Source of the DNA: Isosphaeraceae bacterium
GTDB taxonomy: Bacteria; Planctomycetota; Planctomycetia; Isosphaerales; Isosphaeraceae
DNA length: 64,000 nt
Direction of reading: 5' to 3'
NCBI GenBank assembly: GCA_965201075.1
Contig: CBDAVP010000010.1
Coordinates: forward strand, 62,001 to 126,000
Positions 1 to 9,708 of the stretch are shown here, in pieces. The position numbers and the translations under genes are program-made. The first letter of the stretch is position 1. Each line of letters opens with the position of its first letter. A model generated the notes under the pieces. It searched no databases, was not told the DNA's origin, and saw only the letters and a program-made list of their open reading frames with translations.

Positions 1-968
1 CCCTGCACGACTTCTGCCTGGCTGGTTACCAGTGGTGGGACGCCCACGACCGGGGTTCGGGGGTGGCCGAGGTCCGCGAGTTGTTCGCCAACGAGGTCCG
101 CCACTCCCACCCCGCCCGCGCCGAGCGTTACCTGGCCCTGCTGCCCGACTGGGATCGCGAGCCCGGCGGAGTCCAGGTGGCCTACGCCAAGCGCGGGCTC
201 CCCCTGAACCGGCGGGTGTTCGAGGCGTCCCAAAGAGTGATCGTCCACTCCCCCTGGTGTGTTGACCAGGCCCGCCGGCTTTACCCCGACCTCGTCCACC
301 GAGCCGTCCGCGTCCCCCTCGGTTCGGCCCTCGCCCGCCGCGACCCCAGCCGCGTCGCCGCCACTCGCGCCCGTTTCGGCATCCCCCAAGACGCCCTGGT
401 CCTGGCCAGCTTCGGGTTCCTGACCAAGGACAAGATGAACAACGAGTCGGTCGTCGCCTTCGCCAACCTCGCCCGAGATGAGCCCAGCGCCTTGCTCGTC
501 TTCGTCGGGCAAGACCTGGAAGGGGGCGAGGCCCGCCAGTTGGCGGAGTCCCTGGGCGTGGCCAACCGCGTCCGGTTCCTCGGCCATCGGCCCGACGGCG
601 ACTTTGACGACCTGGTCGCCGCCACCGACCTCGGCCTGGCCCTGCGACGCCCCCCAACTTACGGCGAAACCTCCGCGGCGTTGCTGGACCTGCTGCGGAC
701 CGGAATCCCGACCATCGTGACCGACACCGGCACCTTCGCCGACTACCCCGACGGGGTCGTCCGCAAGGTCCGCTGGCAAGCCGAGGGGCTCGCCGGACTG
801 GTCGGGGCGGTCCGCGACCTGGCCCTCGACCCCTCGGCCCGTGAAGCCCTGGGTCGCGCGGCTCAAGATTACGTGGCCGTCGAGCATTCCTGGGAGCGGG
901 CGGCGTCGGAATACGTGGCCGTCATCGAGTCGGCCTTCGCCGAACGTCGCCGCGTCTTGGCTGCCTGA
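1..968 (+). CDS. Glycosyltransferase family 4 protein, 5'-truncated by the window edge
   Basis: Frame is open from position 3 (LHDFCLAGY...). Motifs ASFGFLTKDK, LRRPPTYGETSAALLD and GIPTIVTD are typical of a GT-B/GT4 C-terminal domain. Confidence 0.85.
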   Translation, partial: LHDFCLAGYQWWDAHDRGSGVAEVRELFANEVRHSHPARAERYLALLPDWDREPGGVQVAYAKRGLPLNRRVFEASQRVIVHSPWCVDQARRLYPDLVHRAVRVPLGSALARRDPSRVAATRARFGIPQDALVLASFGFLTKDKMNNESVVAFANLARDEPSALLVFVGQDLEGGEARQLAESLGVANRVRFLGHRPDGDFDDLVAATDLGLALRRPPTYGETSAALLDLLRTGIPTIVTDTGTFADYPDGVVRKVRWQAEGLAGLVGAVRDLALDPSAREALGRAAQDYVAVEHSWERAASEYVAVIESAFAERRRVLAA

Positions 969-1008
969 TCGGGTCTCCACTTTCCACCACCGCCTTCGAG
1001 GTTTTCTG

Positions 1009-1401
1009 ATGAAACGGTTCGTCAAAGCCATCCTGCGAGCCGCCTGGAGAGCCACCGGCCCGATCCGCCGCCCATTGCTCCGCAAGGCCCACGCCCTGAT
1101 GGTCCAGGCCAGCGCCGAGGCCCTCGCCCGGTCCCCCCTGGCCGCTGAGATCCGCACCGACGCCGCCGCCTCTCGCGACCAGTTTCTCCCCCCCATCCAC
1201 CGCCACATCGAACAGGCCGCCGAGACCGCCCGCTCGACCTCGGCCGACCTCGACCTGGTCCTCAACGGCATGATTCGCGAGGTCGCCCGGCTCCAGATGC
1301 AGGTGGAAGCCCTCCAGGAGACCATCGAAGCAACCTCTCGCCCACTGGGTGAGGATGCTCGAGCGAATGCCGGCGTCCGGGCTCGAAAATTCGCCGGATA
1401 G
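1009..1401 (+). CDS. Hypothetical protein with a basic amphipathic N-terminus and coiled-coil C-terminus
   Basis: ATG at 1009 after GAGG. Heptad-like segment LDLVLNGMIREVARLQMQVEALQE. Follows the GT4 gene co-directionally. Confidence 0.65.
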   Translation: MKRFVKAILRAAWRATGPIRRPLLRKAHALMVQASAEALARSPLAAEIRTDAAASRDQFLPPIHRHIEQAAETARSTSADLDLVLNGMIREVARLQMQVEALQETIEATSRPLGEDARANAGVRARKFAG

Positions 1402-1566
1402 AACGTACTCGCCTGCGTAATGGTGACGTAGGCGAAAAGTTTACGCAAAATTCCCGCGTGTTCGGTCGGTCTTGCACGGTGCGGCTTCCTCCGTATGATG
1501 ACCGCCCGGTGCCCCGGGTGTCGGCGGGGCTTGCGTTGCGTCACCGGGTCGAGGGAGTGGCCCGCC

Positions 1567-3543
1567 ATGTTCTCACCGAGCCTTGCGTTGGTGGCCGCCC
1601 TGCTGGCGTCAACTCCCGAGATCGCGGTCTCGCCCAGCCGGGCCGACCACGCCTCGGCCCCCTGGCAGGCCAGCATCGGTGGGATGGACCGCCCCGGCGA
1701 GCGCACCGCCGAAACCCTCAAGCGATACGACGTCGCGTGGGGGTATCGTCGCGACCCCGAAAAAGCGCTTGACGCCCTGGAGCGCGCCGCCCGTAAGTCG
1801 CCCGAGCCCGAACTCGTTTTCGCCCTGGCCGAACTCTCGTGGATCGAGGGCCGGCGGCTGGAGCGTCACCGAGACCCCCGGGCCCTGGACCGTTACCTCG
1901 ACGCCGCCGCCTATGCCTTCGACTTCCTGATGGACCCCGACCCGGCCCTGGCCGCTGGCCGCCAGCCGTCGGACCCGCGCTTCCTGATGGCCTGCCACTT
2001 CTACAACGGCGGAATCGACCGACTCGTCCGCGCCGCTCGGGCCGGCGCTGGCGGGTCGATCCGCCCCGAGTCGACCATCCGCCTCAAGATCCACGGGCAG
2101 GAACAGGCGCTCCGAGTCGTCCTGGGCCAGTCGTCCTGGGCCGCCGCCGATATCGATGAACTCATGCCCGCCTCCGACTACGTCGTCACCGGCACCAACG
2201 GCCGGAACTTCCAGTACGGCCTGGGCGTCCCCTTGATCGCCGTCCGCCGCCGAGAGAAGGGCAAGGAGGCCGAGAAGGCCCCCGCCTCCGACCACGCCTC
2301 GCCGGCCGAGGCGTTCTACCCGCCCGAGATGGCCTTCCCCCTGACCGCCTTCCTCACGCCCAACTCCCGACTGCGCGAGGACCCCGCCGACGGCCACCGA
2401 GAATGCACTCTGAACCTGGTCGACCCCCTGCGAACCCCCGTCGCCTCCCGAGGCGCCACGTCGATGGCGGTGGAGGCCGACCTCACCACCCCTCTGGCCT
2501 ACATGTGGTCGCGCACCGACCTCGACCGCTACCGATGGAAGGGCCTGCTCCACCCCGGCGACGCCGGAGACCGCGCCGGCCTGATGCTGCTGCAACCCTA
2601 CGAGCCGGGCAAAATCCCCGTGGTGATGGTCCACGGCCTGATCTCCTCCCCGTTGGCCTGGATTCCCATGGTCGACGAGTTGCGGCGTACCCCGACAATC
2701 CGGGCCCGCTACCAGTTCTTCCTCTACCTGTACCCCACCGGGGCGCCGATCCCGATCGCCGCCGCCGGCCTGCGCGACGCCATGCTCCGCGCCGAGCGCA
2801 CCTTCAGCCCCGACCGCTCCGACCCCGCCTTCGGCCGGATGGTCTTGCTGGGTCACAGCATGGGCGGACTGTTAAGCCACGCGATGGCCGTCGATAGCGG
2901 CAACCGCCTCTGGGCCCTGAGTTCCGAACGGCCCTTTGATACCATCCTCGGCCCGCCCGAGGTCCTGTCCGAGTTGCGTCACTACCTGTTCTTCGAGGCG
3001 TTACCGTTCGTCCGTCGGGTGGTGTTCCTGGCCACGCCCCACGGCGGCTCGGAGTACAGCCGCAGGCCCGTCGGCCGCATCAGCGCTGGCCTGATCGCCG
3101 AGCCCGACCACATGGCCGACCTCCTCACCCAACTGGTCCGCGCCAACCGCGAAGGCGACAACCTCGACCCCCGCCGGTTCCGCCACCTGCCAACCTCGAT
3201 CGAGAACCTCCGCACCGACTCGCCCGAGCTCAAGGCCCTGCGCACGATGAAGCCCGGCGACACCGGCGTCCGCTTCCACTCGATCATCGGCGCCCTCCGA
3301 CCTGGCCCGGCGGAATCGACCACCGACGGCGTCGTGGCCTACCCCTGCGCCCACTTCGACGGGGCGGAATCCGAACTGGTCATCCGCGGCGACCACGGCG
3401 TCCAGCGAGTTCCGGAAGCGATCCGGGAAGTCCGCCGCATCCTCCTGGAACACCTGCAAGCCGAGGCCGCCCCCCCCGCCGCCGCGCCATCACCAGTCAC
3501 GGCCTCGGCCCCAACGCCAGCCCCGGCCGCCACTCGACGATAA
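1567..3543 (+). CDS. Secreted alpha/beta-hydrolase (esterase/lipase family)
   Basis: Signal-peptide-like start MFSPSLALVAALLAS, oxyanion motif VHGLISS, nucleophile elbow GHSMGG, DGVV and a C-terminal His (GDHG). Confidence 0.85.
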   Translation: MFSPSLALVAALLASTPEIAVSPSRADHASAPWQASIGGMDRPGERTAETLKRYDVAWGYRRDPEKALDALERAARKSPEPELVFALAELSWIEGRRLERHRDPRALDRYLDAAAYAFDFLMDPDPALAAGRQPSDPRFLMACHFYNGGIDRLVRAARAGAGGSIRPESTIRLKIHGQEQALRVVLGQSSWAAADIDELMPASDYVVTGTNGRNFQYGLGVPLIAVRRREKGKEAEKAPASDHASPAEAFYPPEMAFPLTAFLTPNSRLREDPADGHRECTLNLVDPLRTPVASRGATSMAVEADLTTPLAYMWSRTDLDRYRWKGLLHPGDAGDRAGLMLLQPYEPGKIPVVMVHGLISSPLAWIPMVDELRRTPTIRARYQFFLYLYPTGAPIPIAAAGLRDAMLRAERTFSPDRSDPAFGRMVLLGHSMGGLLSHAMAVDSGNRLWALSSERPFDTILGPPEVLSELRHYLFFEALPFVRRVVFLATPHGGSEYSRRPVGRISAGLIAEPDHMADLLTQLVRANREGDNLDPRRFRHLPTSIENLRTDSPELKALRTMKPGDTGVRFHSIIGALRPGPAESTTDGVVAYPCAHFDGAESELVIRGDHGVQRVPEAIREVRRILLEHLQAEAAPPAAAPSPVTASAPTPAPAATRR

Positions 3544-3591
3544 CCGGGTCCGGGGCGGGGTTCGGCCGGCTCCGGAAGCCGGTTCCACCGA

Positions 3592-5469
3592 TTAGCCGAT
3601 GGCCCGCTTTGTCCCCTGACCGACCGCGCCGGCGCCGCGGTTCGAGCGGAACCTCGGCCGACGCTTGCCTTCGAAGGCGACCAGGGCCACCAGCGCCGCC
3701 CCTCCGAGACTCGGCGCGGTCGCTTCCCAGGTCGAGCCCGGGGCCGGGTTCGCGCTTTCCTCGGTTTCGCCCAACGTCGGGCTGGCGGTGAGGGCCGGCG
3801 TCCACGGCCACCCGGCAATGGCGGCGGCGACGGGGTCGGCCATTTCCTCATCGCCCGGAACGGGTTGCGGCGGGAGAGCCGGCGAGGGTGCCGGAGGAGC
3901 CGCCGGGGCCTCGTCCGTCGCGGGGTCCAGGTCGGCGGGCGTCTCGGTTGCGCTCGAACCGGCCGCCGGCTTCGATGACTTCGACTCGGACCGCTCGGGA
4001 GACTTCGGCTCGACCTTGGGAGCGGGGCGGGCCGAGGGGGCCGCTCGACCTGGGGACAACGGAGACGCCAGAATCGGCTGGGGAATGGCGTTGGCCAGCG
4101 ACGCCGACGCTGGCGCGGCCGGGGCCGCCACGATCGGCGTCGCCCCGGCGGCTGTCGAGGCCGCCGTCCCGGTCACCGCCACCGTCGCCAGCGTCGTCGG
4201 AGGAATCGCGATGTTGACCACAGTCGCCGCCGCTGGGTTCGCATCCGCCGCCGCCGCCGCCGAGGACGACGACGAGGCCGGGGCCGACGCCACGGTGAAA
4301 CTCAGCGAACCATGGGAAACGTCGGGGAGGTACAGCGACGAAACCACGCCCCCGGACCGTCCCGTCGGGCCCCCGCGAGAGGTGACGGCACCGCTGGAAT
4401 TTGGCGCGAGCCAGAGCACCGTCCAGAGGTTGTTGGCGTTGCCCACCGAGCCCAGCCCTGTCACCAGGTCGTAGCCGGCCGTCGCGTTGTAGCCGTTGGA
4501 TCCCGAGGTAATGTCGCGGAAGACGCTCGGGTTCTGGTACATCGCCGTCAGGGCCGTCAGGCTGCTCAGCGTCGTCTTACCGGCGGCGACGCGCAACTGG
4601 TTGACGTCGGCGAACAGGCCCGCCCACAACTGCGCCGAGGCGCTGGTGCCACCGACAACCAACCATTGCCCGACGCCCGTGGAGGGCAGGACCGCGTAGA
4701 TCAGCTCGCCGGTTTGCGGGTAGCCATCGATCGAGACGTCGGGGTTGGTGCGAAACCCGCTCATCTGGGCCGTCCGCTGATAGGACGGCTCGGAGTAATA
4801 CGCGCTGACCCCGCCCCCGCTCCCATACCAGGCCGACTCAGTGATGACCGTCGCCGAGGGGTTCAGGTAGAACGCGGTGGCGCCGATCGAGACAACATTG
4901 GGGGAAATGGCGGGCCAACTGGCGCCATAGGCGGCACCATCATCACCCGAGGCCGCCACGAACGTGATCGGGATGTGGTTGGCCGGAGTGGTGAAGTAGT
5001 TATCGTAGTACGACTCGATCGGGAATTCCTGAGTGCCCCAGCTCATCGAAATGACCGAGACGGCCGGATTGGCGCGGGCCGCGGCGACGGCCGCCAGGAG
5101 GTCGCCAGGCGCCGCCGTCGCTGCCTCGTAGACCACGATGTTGGCCGAGGGCGCCACCGCGTGGACCCACTCGACGTCCAGGGTCGTTTCCAACGCCCAG
5201 CCGTCGTCGGGCTGCGACCCCAAGCTGACCTGGCTAAGGGAGATCGCCGGAAGATTTAGAGCCTTGTCATAAGTCGCCAGGGATTGGGCCAGATACGGGT
5301 CGTGATAGGCGTCGACGATCGCCACGGTCTGTCCAGCCCCGTTGGCGATGGACGAATCGATCCCATAGACCAGGTTGACCATCCCCGGCCACAGGAACGT
5401 GGGCAGGCAGCGATCGTCCAGGCGCTCCGGGCGCAGGTCGACATCGCGTCGTCGATGACGAAAGCTCAT
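3592..5469 (-). CDS. S53 (sedolisin/kumamolisin-like) serine peptidase with planctomycete extracellular motif and Pro/Ala/Ser-rich tail
   Basis: ETTLDVE (Glu/Asp), SMSWG, ASGDDG, GGTSASA (Ser), GYDLVTGLG. N-terminal ERLDDRCLPT motif. Confidence 0.88.
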   Translation of the reverse strand: MSFRHRRRDVDLRPERLDDRCLPTFLWPGMVNLVYGIDSSIANGAGQTVAIVDAYHDPYLAQSLATYDKALNLPAISLSQVSLGSQPDDGWALETTLDVEWVHAVAPSANIVVYEAATAAPGDLLAAVAAARANPAVSVISMSWGTQEFPIESYYDNYFTTPANHIPITFVAASGDDGAAYGASWPAISPNVVSIGATAFYLNPSATVITESAWYGSGGGVSAYYSEPSYQRTAQMSGFRTNPDVSIDGYPQTGELIYAVLPSTGVGQWLVVGGTSASAQLWAGLFADVNQLRVAAGKTTLSSLTALTAMYQNPSVFRDITSGSNGYNATAGYDLVTGLGSVGNANNLWTVLWLAPNSSGAVTSRGGPTGRSGGVVSSLYLPDVSHGSLSFTVASAPASSSSSAAAAADANPAAATVVNIAIPPTTLATVAVTGTAASTAAGATPIVAAPAAPASASLANAIPQPILASPLSPGRAAPSARPAPKVEPKSPERSESKSSKPAAGSSATETPADLDPATDEAPAAPPAPSPALPPQPVPGDEEMADPVAAAIAGWPWTPALTASPTLGETEESANPAPGSTWEATAPSLGGAALVALVAFEGKRRPRFRSNRGAGAVGQGTKRAIG

Positions 5470-5809
5470 GGTGCGGTCCCGTGGGTGCGTCACGCGGAGG
5501 AACGGCGGCGTTCGGTCGAAAGGCGGGTTCTGAAGTCTACACGAATTCCTCTCGTCGTGGGAAGGATGTTTGCGGCCATGCGTCGGCCATCCATCCTCCT
5601 CAACCCATACCGCGACCCATCGCCCGATCTTACATGATTGCCCGCAAGAGGATCGGGTTGCGTCGGGTGTTCCCCAAAACGACCCGGTTTCACGGTGAGG
5701 GGTTGCGAAAACTCCACGTTGTGGGGTCGTGTCGAGGTGTCAACGAAGTGGCGACGGTCGTCGCGGGGCCTGGTATCATGCGGCCGAGGTCCATTTTCGA
5801 GAGGTGCCC

Positions 5810-7183
5810 ATGCCCCCGACGCTGGCCGACCGCCTGGTCGAATTCGCCTTGACGACCCGATTCGAGGACCTGCCGACGCCGGTGGTGGCCGAGGCCAAGC
5901 GCAGGCTGCTCGATGCCCTGGCCTGCGCCGCCGGGGCCCTGGCTGAACCGGCGCCGGCGATCGCCCGTCGCACGGCCCTGAAGTTGGCGGGGGCTTCGGG
6001 AGGGGGTGGGACGACCTTGATCGGCGGGGGGCGGGCGGCGGCCGACTGGTCGGCCTTCGCCAACGGCGTCCACATCCGCTACCTCGACTGCAACGACACC
6101 TATCTGGCGAAGGAGCCGGCCCACCCCAGCGACAACTGGGCCGCGATCCTGGCCGTCGCCGAGTTGGCCAGCGCCGACGGCCCAGCCGCCATCGCCGCCG
6201 CGGCAGTCGCCTACGAGGTCCAGTGCCGCCTCTGCGACGCCAACAGCATCCGTGCCCGCGGCTGGGACCACACCACCTATGGCCACCTCTCGGCGACCCT
6301 GGCCGCGGCGAAACTGCTGGGGCTCGACCACGAGCGAACCCGTCACGCCCTGGGAATCGCCGGCACCACCGCCGCCGCCTTGCGACTCACCCGCGCCGGC
6401 GAACTCTCGATGTGGAAGGGGTGCGCCTTCGCCCACGCCGCTCGCAACGCGATCCTCGCCGCGACCCTGGCCGCCGAGGGCCTGACCGGACCGTCTCCGC
6501 TGTTCGAGGGGGACATGGGCTTCTGGCAGCAGGTTTCCGGCCCGTTCAACCTGACCCAACTGGGCGGGCCCGACGCGGGCGACTGGATGCTGCCGAAAAC
6601 CTCGATCAAGTTCGTCCCGGCCGAATATCACAGCCAGTCCGCCATCGCCGCGGCCTTCGACCTTCGCCCACGTGTCGGCGACCCATCCCGCATCCGCTCA
6701 ATCGAGATCGCCACCTTCCGCACGGCCGTCGAGATTATCGGCCAGGACCCCGAGAAGTGGCGGCCCCGGACCCGAGAAACCGCCGACCACAGCCTTCCCT
6801 ATTGCACGGCGGTCGCCCTGGTCGACGGCGAGGTCTCGGCCGCCCAGTTCACCGCCGAGCGGCTGGCCGACCCAGCCTTGCTCGACCTGGTCGCCCGCAC
6901 CACGGTCGTCGAGGACCCCGAACTCACCAACGGCTACCCCCACGGCATCCCCAACCACGTCCGGGTCACGCTGGTCGACGGTTCGACCCTGGAACGTCGG
7001 GTCGACTTCCCCCCCGGGCACGACCAGAACCCCCTGACCACCGAGCAACTGCGGGCCAAGTTCAACGGCTTGACGCTCGAACCCCTCGGCCCCGACCGCT
7101 CCCAGGCACTCTGGGACCGTGTCAACCGCCTCGACGCCGACCCCCGTCCTTACGAATCCCTGTCGCTGCTGACTTGCGATTGA
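5810..7183 (+). CDS. prpD: MmgE/PrpD family 2-methylcitrate dehydratase
   Basis: RYLDCNDTYLAKEPAHPSDN, GELSMWKG, PAEYHSQSA, ETADHSLPY. GAGG before ATG 5810. Confidence 0.92.
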   Translation: MPPTLADRLVEFALTTRFEDLPTPVVAEAKRRLLDALACAAGALAEPAPAIARRTALKLAGASGGGGTTLIGGGRAAADWSAFANGVHIRYLDCNDTYLAKEPAHPSDNWAAILAVAELASADGPAAIAAAAVAYEVQCRLCDANSIRARGWDHTTYGHLSATLAAAKLLGLDHERTRHALGIAGTTAAALRLTRAGELSMWKGCAFAHAARNAILAATLAAEGLTGPSPLFEGDMGFWQQVSGPFNLTQLGGPDAGDWMLPKTSIKFVPAEYHSQSAIAAAFDLRPRVGDPSRIRSIEIATFRTAVEIIGQDPEKWRPRTRETADHSLPYCTAVALVDGEVSAAQFTAERLADPALLDLVARTTVVEDPELTNGYPHGIPNHVRVTLVDGSTLERRVDFPPGHDQNPLTTEQLRAKFNGLTLEPLGPDRSQALWDRVNRLDADPRPYESLSLLTCD

Positions 7184-7277
7184 CGCCCATCCCCGGCGCT
7201 GATAGGAACGCCGGCAACCGGCCCACGGCCTCTTCGCAACCGGCCCGACCGTTCGTCTCCACGGAGGGAGACCGCCC

Positions 7278-8864
7278 ATGCTGTTCAACTCGTTCCAATT
7301 CGCCTACTTTTTCGCGATCTTGTTCCCCACCTACTGGGCCCTGTCCAGGTTCCATCGCGCCCAAAATGTCCTGCTGCTGGCGGCGGCGTATTACTTCTAT
7401 GCCTGCTGGGATTACCGTTTCCTCTCGCTCTTACTGATCTCGACGGCGATGGATTACGCTTGCGGTCTGGCGGTCGACCGGATCGAGGCGCCGACCGGGC
7501 GCAAGTGGTTCGTGGCCCTGAGCATGGCGCTGAACCTGGGGATGCTCGGATTCTTCAAGTATTACAACTTCTTCGCGGACAGCCTTCAGGTGATGCTTCA
7601 GAGGGGCGGCGTGAACGTCCCGATGTGGCATTTGCAGGTGGCGCTGCCTATCGGCATCTCGTTCTACACCTTCCAGTCAATGAGTTACGTCATCGACGTC
7701 TACCGACGGGAGATCAAGCCGACCCGCAACTTCCTTCAGTTCGCGGCGTTCGTCTCGTTCTTCCCGCACCTGGTCGCCGGGCCGATCATGAGGCCGACGA
7801 CCCTGCTGCCCCAGATCGAAAATCCGCGAAGGTTCCGCCTCGAACAGTTCTACCAGGGGGTGTACCTGGTCTTCTGGGGCCTGACCAAGAAGGTGGTGGT
7901 GGCCGACAACCTGGCGACGTTCGTCAACGACCTGTTCGGCCGCTGGCAAACGATCGACGGTGGGCTTGCCCTGCTGGCGATCTACGCCTTCGCCTTCCAG
8001 ATCTACTGCGACTTCTCGGGCTACACCGACGCGGCCCGGGGCATCGCCAAGATGCTCGGCTTCGAGCTGGCCCTGAACTTCAACCTGCCTTATTTCGCCA
8101 CCAGCCCTCAAGATTTCTGGTCTCGCTGGCACATCAGCCTCTCGTCCTGGCTGCGCGACTACCTCTATATCCCCCTGGGCGGCAACCGCCGGGCCAACGG
8201 CCGCATCGCCTTCCGCCTGCTGCTGCTGCCGGTGACTCTCATCTCAGCCTGGTACATCTTCGGGCCGGCGAGGCGCCTGCCCGTGGCCGACCCGGGCAAG
8301 GCGATGGCGATCCTGGCGCTGGTCGCCAGCGGACTGTTCGTGGTCCTGCCGATGCGCGATCGGGCGGCCGTGTATCGCAACCTGATGCTGACGATGGTCA
8401 TCGGCGGGTTATGGCACGGTGCCGCGGGGACGTTCATCCTGTGGGGTTTTTATCAGGGAATCCTCCTGATCGCCCACAGACTGGCCAAGCCCTACCTCGA
8501 CCGCATCCAGCCGACCGACCCGGTGGACCGGGCCTGCTGGACGGGCCTGAGGATCTTTGTCACCTTCCACCTGGTTTGCCTGGGTTGGCTAATCTTTCGA
8601 TCCTCCTCGGTCGCCCAGGTTTCGGGGATGCTCTCGGCGATCATCCACCACCCGGCGATTCCCGCTTCGGCCTACATCCTGCCCATCGCCCTGGCCATCG
8701 TGCCGCTGATGGTCGTGGAGTTCTTCCAGTACGCCCACGACGACCTCAACGTCATCTTCCGCGCCCCCTGGTACGTCCGCAGCGTCTTCTACACGGCGTG
8801 CTTTTACGCGTTCATCCTGGCGGGCAACTTCGGCGGCGGACAGTTCATCTACTTCCAGTTCTGA
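7278..8864 (+). CDS. MBOAT family O-acyltransferase (AlgI/DltB-like)
   Basis: MLFNS start, LPIGISFYTFQ, FFPHLVAGPI, QIYCDFSGY, FWSRWHISLSSWLRDYLYIPLGG, GLWHGA, FIYFQF end. Confidence 0.93.
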   Translation: MLFNSFQFAYFFAILFPTYWALSRFHRAQNVLLLAAAYYFYACWDYRFLSLLLISTAMDYACGLAVDRIEAPTGRKWFVALSMALNLGMLGFFKYYNFFADSLQVMLQRGGVNVPMWHLQVALPIGISFYTFQSMSYVIDVYRREIKPTRNFLQFAAFVSFFPHLVAGPIMRPTTLLPQIENPRRFRLEQFYQGVYLVFWGLTKKVVVADNLATFVNDLFGRWQTIDGGLALLAIYAFAFQIYCDFSGYTDAARGIAKMLGFELALNFNLPYFATSPQDFWSRWHISLSSWLRDYLYIPLGGNRRANGRIAFRLLLLPVTLISAWYIFGPARRLPVADPGKAMAILALVASGLFVVLPMRDRAAVYRNLMLTMVIGGLWHGAAGTFILWGFYQGILLIAHRLAKPYLDRIQPTDPVDRACWTGLRIFVTFHLVCLGWLIFRSSSVAQVSGMLSAIIHHPAIPASAYILPIALAIVPLMVVEFFQYAHDDLNVIFRAPWYVRSVFYTACFYAFILAGNFGGGQFIYFQF

Positions 8865-8932
8865 GGCGAAGGCGGACCCGGGCCTGGGGGTTGGCGGGCC
8901 TGGGTTGACCCGAGCAGGGAGTGAGCCGGCCC

Positions 8933-9547
8933 ATGCCCCGTTACGAGGATTATCACCGGACGGTCATCGGTTATCATGGGACTCGCCTTTCAACGGCCCG
9001 GAGGCTCGTCCTGGGCGAGGGGTCGTTCGACGCCAGCCAAAATGACGATGACTGGCTGGGCCACGGGATCTACTTCTGGGAATACGCGCCTCAACAGGCG
9101 TGGCTCTGGGCCCAGGATCGGTCCCGGAAAAACGGCTGGGACGAGGAAATCGCGGTCGTGGCTTCGATGATCCGGCTCGGGAACTGCTTCGATTTGCTCG
9201 ATCCCGAAAATGTGAAAGACTTGGGCCGGCTCTACCAAAGTTTCATACAATTTTACGCGGACTCAGACATTCCTCCGCCGACCAACGTCCGTTCGAGTAA
9301 ACGGTTGAATTGCGCCGTGTTCGAGGAGAGTTTCGATCTCCTTGCAAGAACCGATCAGGAGGTCGACACCGTCCGAGCCGTCTTCGTTCCAAGCGGATCA
9401 TCCGATCGTTTGTGGAGAGGCAGTGGCATTAACGCGCACGCCCACATCCAGGTCAACGTCCGCAATCGGGCGTGTATTCTCGGCACCTGGCTCATTCGGC
9501 CCGATCAGGAGCAAGCTCATGGGCATCGCAGAAAATCGACGAGATGA
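8933..9547 (+). CDS. Putative ADP-ribosyltransferase-fold toxin
   Basis: GYHGT and WLGHGIYFWE motifs resemble the H-x-x...Y ART signature. C-terminal HIQVNVRN. More AT-rich than its flanks. Confidence 0.6.
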   Translation: MPRYEDYHRTVIGYHGTRLSTARRLVLGEGSFDASQNDDDWLGHGIYFWEYAPQQAWLWAQDRSRKNGWDEEIAVVASMIRLGNCFDLLDPENVKDLGRLYQSFIQFYADSDIPPPTNVRSSKRLNCAVFEESFDLLARTDQEVDTVRAVFVPSGSSDRLWRGSGINAHAHIQVNVRNRACILGTWLIRPDQEQAHGHRRKSTR

Positions 9548-9704
9548 ACTGTCCAACGGCGCTCGAATTCGCCGGGCCGTCGATAGGATCGTGGCCATGA
9601 CGGATGAGGAGCGGCTGGAGATTCTGGTCAAGGCGGGACGATTCACTCCCGAGGAAGGCGAACGCGCTCGCCGCAACATTGAGGCCAAGAAGCAGGCTCG
9701 TTGA
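9519..9704 (+). CDS. Small helical protein (61 aa), candidate antitoxin
   Basis: AGGAG before ATG 9519. Overlaps the 3' end of the putative ART gene by 29 nt. Confidence 0.6.
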   Translation: MGIAENRRDELSNGARIRRAVDRIVAMTDEERLEILVKAGRFTPEEGERARRNIEAKKQAR

Positions 9705-9708
9705 CGGT

